DNA of 56,346 nt, counting the filler, from Circinaria calcarea (taxonomy: Eukaryota): assembly GCA_051942165.1 (NCBI GenBank). It is 2 parts of 2 records of this genome, joined end to end, with 100 filler letters (N's around TTAATTAATTAA, not from the genome) between each part and the next. Parts side by side here need not be neighbours in the genome. Positions count along the whole stretch, not along the records: positions 28,256 to 56,346 come from JAVECS010000059.1; 1 more part is not named here. One strand, given 5' to 3'. Of the stretch, positions 46,568-56,346 are shown one piece after another. Numbering within the stretch: the stretch's first letter is position 1; every line of letters starts with the position of its first letter. The notes beneath the pieces are model-generated. The model ran no database searches, was not told the origin of the DNA, and saw only the letters and a program-made list of their open reading frames with translations. A program made the position numbers and the translations under genes.

Positions 46568-49500
46568 ATGACTGATTCGGCCCCTGATGGTCGAAAGTCC
46601 CCGGTACATTCGGGTTCCTCCCGCCGGCAACGGGCGCCTACCATTACAATAGACACATCTGCCGTTAGCCCGCCTCTCGTCGAAGACACCGCGCTCCCTC
46701 TGAGCGCGCTGTCTAACCGTCCCCGGGCGTCTCAGGAAGAGCTGCATCAGGAACGCGGCGAAGATCATGAAGTCAGGTCAGGTCAGCTAGCGACTGCAAC
46801 TTCGGCCGTCGAACTCCGGGCAGTCCACTCCTTTGACAGTAGGGATAGTCGTCCAACCTCTCCACATAATGTATCATTGCCGACTCCGAAATGGAGTGAC
46901 ATTCAGCCCCACAACCTTCTCTCTGTCCCAGCCGCTCGGTCGAGAGGCAATTCTGTCGACTCCGATGACATCGCCCAGTCACCTACTTCCTATGGTGGGG
47001 ATACCTACATATCCTCTCCGGCATCATCACAAGGGGAACCAGACAAGCAATCCGGCACAACTCACAGCAACGATAGTTTGATTAACGATGTGGATGCCTT
47101 AAAACCCGACCTTGGTACGGAGATGGATTTTGACGTCACCGACAACCGTTTTGCGTTTTCTCCTGGCCAACTCAACAAGCTATTGAATCCTAAGAGCTTA
47201 GGTGCATTCTACGCTCTGGGAGGATTAAGAGGGCTTGAAAAAGGGCTTAGGACGAATCGGACGAGTGGATTGTCTGTTGATGAAAAGCAGCTTCCGGGCA
47301 CGATATCATTTGAGGAGGCCACAGCGGTTCACCCGAATGAGCCGATAAAAGTAGATTTGGCTGATCAACCCTTGGCCACGACTGCCACGACAGGAGTGTC
47401 CCGAGACCGTTCAGATGACTCCTTCATTGACCGCAAGCGGATTTTCAAGGATAACCGCTTACCAGAGAAAAAGGCCAAGAGTATTTTTGAACTGGCCTGG
47501 ATAGCATATAATGACAAGGTGCTCATCCTGCTAACGGTTGCTGCTGTCGTCTCACTCGCTCTGGGAATCTATCAATCTGTTTCAGCAACGGGAGAAGATT
47601 CCAAGGTAGCATGGGTCGAAGGAGTGGCTATCATTGTTGCAATTGTCATTGTCGTCATAGTTGGCGCCGCTAATGACTGGCAAAAGGAGCGACAATTCGT
47701 TAAGCTGAACAAGAAGAAAGACGACAGAGTAGTCAAGGTTGTCCGATCGGGCAAGTCACGAGAAATATCAGTCTACGACATTCTAGTTGGGGATGTCATG
47801 CACATGGAGCCTGGCGATTTGATCCCCGTGGATGGTATTTTCATCACTGGTCATAACGTTACATGCGATGAATCGTCAGCAACTGGCGAGTCCGATCTCC
47901 TCAAAAAGACTCCAGCTGATGAGGTCTTCAGAGCCATTGAGGCCCATGAGAATGTCAAGAAGCTGGATCCTTTTATCATTTCGGGGGCAAAAGTCAACGA
48001 AGGCGTGGGAACGTTCCTCGTAACTTCCGTTGGTGTCAACTCAAGTCACGGAAAGACTATGATGTCTCTTCGAGAAGACGCCCAGACGACACCTCTTCAG
48101 GCAAAGCTGAACATCCTAGCTGAGTACATCGCGAAATTAGGCCTTTCCGCCGGTCTTTTGCTCTTTACGGTAACTTTTATTGAGTTTCTTGTTCGACTGC
48201 GTACTTATTCGGATGCGAGAGCCAAGGGACAAGAGTTTCTGAATGTATTCATCGTGGCGGTGACCGTTGTGGTCGTTGCCGTCCCGGAAGGATTGCCGCT
48301 TGCTGTCACTTTAGCTCTAGCGTTTGCCACAACGAGGATGCTCAAGGATAACAACCTCGTCCGTGTACTTCGAGCCTGCGAAACCATGGGAAATGCGACG
48401 ACGATCTGTTCGGATAAGACTGGAACCTTGACCCAGAACAAGATGTCGGTGGTAGCAGGAACTATCGGTACAGCATCCCGGTTTGGAGATAAGAAACCCG
48501 GAAGTGAACTGCAGACGGCTGTGGCTAGTGAGGGTACCCCTCAAGGATTGGAGACCGATGTTAAGGACATGTCTATAAGAGAATTTATATCTTCTTTGAG
48601 TGTCGCGGTCAAGGACATTCTCAAGGAGTCCATTGTGATTAACACAACCGCATTTGAGGGCGAAGCAGAGGGCCAAGATACATTCATTGGTTCCAAAACG
48701 GAAACGGCGCTACTTAGTTTCGCACGAGAACACCTTGCAATGCGGTCCTTGAATGAAGAGCGATCCGGCGTTGAAGTTGTTCAGTTGATTCCCTTCGACT
48801 CTGGGCGCAAGTGCATGGGCACGGCAGTCCACATAGGAAACAACAAATATAGACTCTATGTGAAGGGTGCCTCGGAGATTATGCTGGCCAAATGTAATCG
48901 AATCGTCCGCGATCCCACCAAGGATCTCACAGAGACCCATATCACTAATGAGAATATGGAGACCTTGACCCGCGTCATTTCTAGCTACGCCTCTCGCTCA
49001 CTCAGAACTATTGGAATATTGTACAAAGATTTCGAACAGTGGCCACCTAAAGGAACCCAGGCAGACGATCCGAAGGTGGCGAACTTCGACAAATTATTCA
49101 GAGATATGGTGTTTTTAGGGATAGTTGGAATCCAAGATCCATTGCGTGAGGGAGTCCCTAAGGCTGTTCGAGATTGTCAAAACGCCGGGGTCTTCGTGCG
49201 TATGGTAACTGGGGATAATCTTCTGACTGCTAAGGCCATTGCGGAAGAATGCGGTATCTATACTTCCAGTGGTATAATCATGGAAGGCCCAAAATTCCGA
49301 AGTCTGAACAAAGTTGAGATGAATCAAGTTATACCTCGACTTCAAGTATTGGCAAGGTCAAGTCCGAACGACAAGCGTATCCTGGTAAAGCGCTTGAAGG
49401 AGAATGGAGAGACAGTAGCGGTTACAGGTGAGACCATTGTTCGGCGTCTAAATACTTGGTACTTACTGCTCCTATAGGCGACGGCACAAACGACGCACCT

Positions 49501-50936
49501 GCTCTGAAAACTGCTGATGTCGGCTTCTCTATGGGGATTGCGGGCACAGAAGTAGCCAAGGAAGCATCCGCGATCATCCTTATGGACGACAATTTTGCCT
49601 CGATTGTCAAAGCGATCATGTGGGGAAGAGCTGTCAATGATTCAGTCAAGAAGTTTCTTCAGGTAACCCCTATCCATCCTCGGGGTAAACTCTGTCCTAA
49701 CGCAAGGTCCAGTTCCAAGTCACAGTCAATATTACTGCGGTCGTCTTGACCTTCATCTCTGCCGTTTCAGGTGAGGCTGTCCTAACGGCAGTGCAGCTTC
49801 TTTGGGTAAACCTAATTATGGATACACTTGCCGCTCTGGCCTTGGCCACAGATCCTCCCGGGCCCAGCATACTTAACCGCAAACCGGAACCCAAGTCTGC
49901 TCCACTCATCACACTGAAAATGTGGAAGATGATTATCGGCCAATCCATTTATCAGCTGGTGGTCACTTTGATCCTGACTTATGCCGGAACCCGTATTATC
50001 AACTTCGAGGCTGACACTGCTGAGCACGAGAGAGATTTGCTGACGACCTTGATCTTCAACTCGTTTGTGTGGATGCAGATATTCAACCAGTACAACAGCA
50101 GACGTTTGGACAGTAAACTCAACATCTTTGAGGGCATGTTCCGCAATTACTTTTTCATCGGCATACAATTCATCATCGTAGCAGGCCAGGTCATGATCAT
50201 CTTCGTTGGAGGCCGTGCATTCTCCGTCACACCGCTAAACGGGGTGCAATGGGGCATCTCGCTGATTCTCGGAGTGATCTCCATTCCAGTGGCTATTGTC
50301 ATTCGTCTTATACCTGACGAAGTCATTCGAAAGCTTATTCCAGCCTTCTTCGTCCGCAAGAAGGGGCCTGACGTGTTTATTTCCGACGAAGAACAGCAGT
50401 ATCAATGGAATCCAGCTTTGGAAGAAATTAAAGAAGAACTAGCGTTCTTGAAGAAGCTTCGGGGTGGACGCCTCAATACACTAAAGTATAAACTGCAACA
50501 CCCACGTGCTCTTCTGCCACGATCAAGGAGTGGATCAAGGTCTCGAACCAGCTCAATAACCCGGACACATACAGACGATCGAGCCAGTGAGCTAGGTAAC
50601 GGGGGTCCTCCGACTCCAGATTCTCGGCGGTCGATGACTCGAAAAAGGGGCAGATCGCGGTCAAATTCGGCTTTTGGTCCTGCCACAGCCATGGCGGGTA
50701 TCATTGCTGGCAGTATTGCGGGCTGGTCCGCCCTCGACCGTCGAGATGAAGAAGGGGGGTCTTCGAGGCTTCCTCAACTCCATGATCGCTCCGAGCTCGA
50801 AAAAGAACCTGGAGTTGAAGTCCATCCCGATACGAAGGCCAGCGACCCTGTGCTTGCGGATGGCTCACACTCGATGACTGCACCACCAAGCCAAAGACCA
50901 GAGACCACTCCTGAAACCAGCCAGCAACTAGCTTGA
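46568..50936 (+). CDS. PMC1: P-type IIB Ca2+-transporting ATPase (Pmc1/PMCA); 3 exons
   Basis: [61 protein letters not shown]. Introns 49428-49477 and 49663-49712. Confidence 0.97.
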
Positions 50937-53900
50937 TCTACTCTCTCGCTATCGATGGCTTCGCGTGAAAGTCCGAGTGGTCCAAATCCGTCTCCTTGAC
51001 CAATATTAGGCGTGGGGTTTCGCCTAAGTCGTGTACGACGAATCGGTTTTTATCATCCGCTTCTTGGTCCGTGCGGGGAGTCGTAGCAGCCAAGTGCTCC
51101 CGCTTCGGACATTGTTCTAGTACTACTTTAACTATCACGGCTTTGTATTAGATGGAGTTAAGGCGTAAGTGTGGTTACTCGAGTCAATATCCGTCATCCA
51201 GCACGCTTCATCGGTAGGGGGATTTTTTGTTTTGCCGCTGTAAGAAGGTTAATGGTTGCCTGTTGTACATAAAATATCTTGGCAGACCAACACTAGTTTG
51301 TCTTAATTAAAACAAATTCTCTCATGCTGCTCAAAGCCTCCTCCGATTTAGAGTAAGCCTACAGAGTATACCCTGCCACTTCTCAGCCAACGAGCGCGTC
51401 TTCTTGTGCGCGTCCTCCCCATTCTTTTCCATAAAACGATGCCAACCATAGTCGTCGAGCTTGCTACCGCTGCCGGTACAGCCAGTACTGACGATCAGAG
51501 TTCCACCGATGACGACAACGGGATTTCAGAGAAAGCTCCTGTGGGTACACCGTCATATAACCTTTGTTGTCGCGCGCCAAGGTCGTTGACGGAGCTCGAA
51601 GACCTTCAACGAGTCTCCCAACTGCACGGAACCCCACAATCATCCTTTACAATTCACAACACCCGGACACGCCCAAGCTAGCCCGTGGTGCAGTACTCTC
51701 CGCGGTTCGCCGTTCACTACCCATACAGCGAAAAAAAAGCAAGCTACGACAGATAGACACCGTAGCAGATGGAGTTCTGGTAATGGAGAAAGCGGGGAAT
51801 AAGGAAATGGTGTTGTAGCTGTGGACCGAGCAGAATAATCAGAGAGTGCATGGAGAACCGGGGGATACGATGCGAAAAGTGAGCTCCAAGGCGGTCGGAG
51901 ATGAGAGCTATCCAAGTGTTCGTAAAGGTAAAAGGCGCCTGCGCCCTTGGTGTATTCTACGCAGGTACAGCTGATGGAACATGGAGGACCGCGGTACTTT
52001 TCAGGCTATTCAAGTGGAGTGGACGTTGGAAAGGAAATGGGGGAATGGATGGGAAAAGGGGGGGGATGATGGTTTGGAACATACGTACCGTCACCCGTTT
52101 CCAACGGCTAGAATAATCCAGGTGCATGCTTCATGGGAATCTCCACACCTGACTGAGAATCTTGAGGAAAGGTTTGGGTATGTGGGGTGCCTTTGGCTTC
52201 GCCTTATGGTTTACCAAACCCTTCCCCCCCCCCTTTTTTTCCCCCCCGGTAGAGGGATGGAGATGATGCACTTGCCCGGTATGGAGAGCCGAAGTGACAC
52301 TTGCTGCTCGCTTCTGTATACACACGTCCACGGTGATCCCCGCGGGTTGAAGGGAGGGAGGAGAAGGGGGGGTGGTTTGAGAAATCGAGAAGACAGGAAA
52401 AGCACATGGGGATGACTTGAACGCAACAAGATTAGGATCAAGTAGGCAAAAGCCGAGTCGATTCCCTGCGTGGGGAGGGGAGACAATCTGATTGGATCAT
52501 GGATATTGGCAACCGGGAAGGTGAATGGGGATTGTACTCTTGGAGGATAGGGGCTTTGGATGAGTGCAGCTGATTTCTTGTGCTGGAGGTCAATGAATGG
52601 GGGTTAAAGGGGAGAGAGGGTTGATGTTCTGTTTTTGGGGCGAGGTCGGTGCATTTTGCGCGTCGACGAGGCCTTTTCACCTGAACACGGATATTTGAGA
52701 GGTTGGATCATGTTCAAAGTACGAGGTGGTTGATATGGAAGAGACGCATTCAGGGTTCTATGTTGATCTCGGCAGCGGTTTTCCGACTTGCCTGACTCGA
52801 ACATGCTCTCGGGCTAGAAAGGGAGTATCGAATACCGAAATATTGCTTATGGGTGAAAGGAAAAGGGAAAAGGAATATCTCCAAGTTCTTAGCGGGCGAG
52901 AGAGACAACATTGACATATTCGAGGGCATGAAAATGGACCCGAAAAACTTCGAGACAAGTCCCAAACTGTCTCGAACCGATCCATGGGAACTTTGCGCTG
53001 AGAAGCTTAGTCTTCTCCCACTCTCGTGAGCTTGAGGCGGTCTCGTCTAGCAACGTCACCACAGCAATTCGACGTGAATTCTTCGGGTAATCGTCCCTAT
53101 TCTCCTCGCTATCGATTTTCCCATGACAACCCTCGTCGTGATCGGCCCAGTGATCACCTCGCCTGCGTGGGGTTACGATGGGAATGGTTCAACGGATAAT
53201 CCCCTACGATGGATCGGAAAACATGGACAAAGGATTTACGGTGATGGGAAGGACAAGCAGAGGTGGAGTTCTGCGTGGTATCAAACCGACCATGACATCG
53301 AGAGCACAATGCAGAGCGTGGCCGAATGTGCAGCTTGTGCTCGTTGAGGACTCTCCGCATTGAATCACGGTTGTTACGCCGTAGTGCCCATGTCTGTATG
53401 CTCGGTGATCTGGACCATTCTTTGAATGCATGTCAAATTTTACTCTTCTTGACCACTACGCTCGACCGGCACCAGTAGCTGTTTACACATCCATCGAGCT
53501 GCTTCACGATGCTTATTACCGAGAACCATTACCGCGTAGCCAAATGGATGCCACTCAAGTGAGACCGCTTGGCCAAGAGCTACCAGACGCTCACGTGAAT
53601 CTTCTGGTGCAGTGTGATCAGAGGGGGTTGTGACGGTGTCAGGTCGACGACAGGAGATGTCACTGTGATTGTGGTGATAAACAGATATGGCGGAGGACAG
53701 TATCTGTAAGTCGATGGCCTTGGAAGATATCGACGAAAAGGGGCGTCGCCAGGTCAAGTCTGTGTTGCCTTGCCATGTGCCGCCTGGCCTATCGATAGTA
53801 ACATAGCAAGGCGCAATCGATCAAGAACGGTCGTGGTAGAGGCATGGAGTAGATGAGAGAACCCACTGTGGTCTACCGTTGTTACGAATAGCGGGAACTT

Positions 53901-54527
53901 GGAAGACAGAGCTACAGATGTCGAATGAAGACGAACTGATCCGACGAGCGGTGGTTAAATATATAGTATATGTACTGATATGGTACCCGATTATCTGCAG
54001 GGCGACGTTATCGGAGCTCCGGAAAGGCTTGGCACGGGCTAGGAAAATACGCTAAAAGTAAACAACTGCAGGACTTGGGACGGAATTGGAGAAAACCCCC
54101 ACCATCCACGAGATGATTGAAGCTCCTCCTCCGTAATCACCATCCGACCTTTACTCCCTACGAGAGGACCTTCAAGTCGATGATAGTTTCGCCATCCAAG
54201 CACCAATCAACGAAGCTGTCATTTCCCTGGTCGCATTCTGGTGGTGGCCGAATAAGCGGTGGCTGGTTGCAGAGAGAAGGGCTGGGGGATAATTTGCGGT
54301 GGATAGAAGCCTAAGCTCGCTTTCTCACCCTCTTACACCCTTACACTCTAACTCTTCCGCTCATTCCTCCTTTGCAACTGTACAGTCGTTATCTGACCCT
54401 TGGAGCATTGCTCTCGTGCGCGCATCTCATCTAGTCTTTCCCAGCGTGCTCGTTGCAATACATTCCTCAGTCTGGTCGTAGCAACCCGACAACATTCCTC
54501 GGTTGACGGCATTGGCCAACCTCCGCA

Positions 54528-55791
54528 ATGCGTCTGTCCCAGTCACCATCGACCCTCCTCTCCCTCCTCGCAGTCATCTTATCCTCTACCCACATCGCCT
54601 ACTCAAAGCCTTACCCTCGGGATGCTTCGGTGCTGGGCCGACAAAACAGCATACTCGAAATCCGAGCATGTTCCAATCCCTGTGGCTGGTCGGGCCAGCT
54701 CTGCTGTGCGGCAGATCAGGCGTGTTACACAGATGTAGGAGGTCAAGCACAATGCGGCGCCATAAGTAGCGGAGCTGCAGTGACGGGAGCAGCTGCACCA
54801 GTCAATGGACAATGGCAATATTTTACAACGACCTACGTCCGAACCGACCTTGTCACTATTGTGACCACTTTCAGCACCTTCATTCCCTCCGTGACAGTGA
54901 CGACCAGTCCCGCGGTACAAACGCTCGTTGCGACAACCACTGTGGTGACGCCAGCAGCATTCTCCACACCAGTTTGCAACCCCGCACTAAACGAACAATC
55001 ATGCGGTTCAATCTGCTGTGCGTCAGGGCAATTCTGCCAGACTCTCGGTCAATGCGCTGCTTATGGCGGCAGTTCAGTCAATGGTGTCAGTACCGTCTTC
55101 ATTCCCACATCTGTGTCGAGCGCGTCTGCCTCCGCATTCATACGACCCACCAGCAATACCGTTCAAACTGTCACTTCAACTGGCAGCGCAACTACGACAA
55201 TACCGTTCCAGACCCCTATCGCAACCAATGGGAGTGCCATCGTCGGGATGATGGCTGCCAACAACAACGGGTTGAGTGGTGGTGCAATTGCTGGAATAGT
55301 GATCGGCGTACTCGCTGGGATATTCTTGCTATTTCTCCTCTGCGCTTGCCTCTGTTTCAAGTCTGCGCTAGACGGTCTACTCGGTATTTTCGGCGGGGGC
55401 AAGAAAAAGAGAAGAACCGAGACCATCACCATTGAAGAGAGACACTCACATCACAGTGGAGGTGTTGCCACAGGTGGAGGACGTCGTTGGTTTGGTAACA
55501 GACCAGCAAGAGTTGACCGACCACCAAAGAAGACCAGTGGCGTAGGAGGAGCTGTTGGCGTGGCTGGAATATTGACTGCATTGGCTGTCGTATTGGGCTT
55601 GAGGAGGAAGGGGAGAAGAGTAGAAGAAAAGAGCGACTATGGTACCGGAAGCAGCTATACGTATAGCGATTATACCAGTGCGAGTAAGTTACCATCGTCT
55701 ACTAATATGCTCGAAGATTCCCACTAATGATTTTCCAGGTAGCGAGTCATCTGACAGGCGGACAAGAGATACGAGGAGATCGAGACGATGA
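54528..55791 (+). CDS. Type I membrane / cell-surface protein: signal peptide, two Cys-rich motifs, Ser/Thr stalk, Mid2-like TM, basic cytosolic tail; 2 exons
   Basis: CSNPCGWSGQLCC, CGSICCASGQFC, GLSGGAIAGIVIGV. Intron 55684-55738; last exon ends at TGA 55789-55791. Confidence 0.85.
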
Positions 55792-56300
55792 TACTTCGGA
55801 TTATTTGAGGAGTGGCGTTTTGTCAATGGACAGTTGCATAGCGTTTCCGGTTGCATTGGGGGCATTTAGGGTAAATATGGGTCAACAGAAGGAAGATATG
55901 AGCCTGGCATGGCAAGTCGCAACTGAAAATGGCTATGATCGGAGAGAAAGGACGCTCTGGACGAAATCAAAGGAGATGACAGAAAAGGAGTCAATAATGA
56001 CGAAGCTCGCTCAAACTTGTATATAGTAGCTAGCAAATCATACAGACTTGAAAAGTCAACTTTTTCATGAGAATATTTCAACGTTCCGATTCTAATATAA
56101 TCTTATTTCGATCCCGCTCGCCGTTCTGAAAAAAGGTTCCACTAACTGAACTTTAGGGCCTTTGGCTGACTCATCCCCGCCAAGACCCAACTAACCGACT
56201 CCTTCCGACCGCCATTCCATTCAACCCTCCGCATTCGCACACCACAGCACTTCACCACCACCTCAATCCTCTCTCACCCACACATCCATCTCATCAAACC

Positions 56301-56346
56301 ATGCCACCACCAACCCTACGCACGCTCCTCCCCCGCAACCTCCGCC
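56301..56346 (+). CDS. Probable start of the next gene (presequence-like MPPPTLRTLLPRNLR), truncated by the window end
   Basis: ATG in good context (AAACCATG) after a CA/CT-rich leader; only 15 codons visible. Confidence 0.35.
   Translation, partial: MPPPTLRTLLPRNLR

Noticed and set aside
50940..54520. Many 60-144 aa ORFs and homopolymer tracts in a 3.6-kb interval
   Set aside because: No recognisable domains, consistent splice structure or repeats; treated as intergenic, though small genes or lncRNAs cannot be excluded.

Overview
Eukaryotic, intron-rich DNA from a filamentous ascomycete. Short GT-AG introns with CTRAY branch points and the gene content suggest Eurotiomycetes, but that placement is inference. 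One assembly gap (28156-28255). Most of the window is housekeeping genes, spliced here by hand: HOS2 (5' part), a DUF7514-like protein, U2AF small subunit, a Cys/Met PLP enzyme, a GT71 mannosyltransferase, a Flc/TRP-like channel, PIB1-like FYVE-RING, SCY1-like pseudokinase, BCAT, a fused succinyl-CoA-ligase alpha/beta protein, SMT3, CMC4, NUP84, PMC1 and a Cys-rich type I membrane protein. An accessory segment at about 2.1-8.1 kb holds a PKS first-exon relic, TA-flanked foldback elements, a Rid-family gene and a RIP-type pseudogene. The top finding lies in that segment: a 4-exon gene (6380-8051), DUF4185-like plus a PRP5/KHDC4-like KH domain, is open except for two in-frame TAG codons 12 nt apart at apparent Trp positions. 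It is a candidate for A-to-I stop-codon-correcting mRNA editing; RIP leakage is the serious alternative. Second is the SCS alpha-beta fusion, whose beta half lacks the nucleotide-binding motif and is joined through a presequence-like linker. Family assignments come from motif recognition only; no database searches were run.
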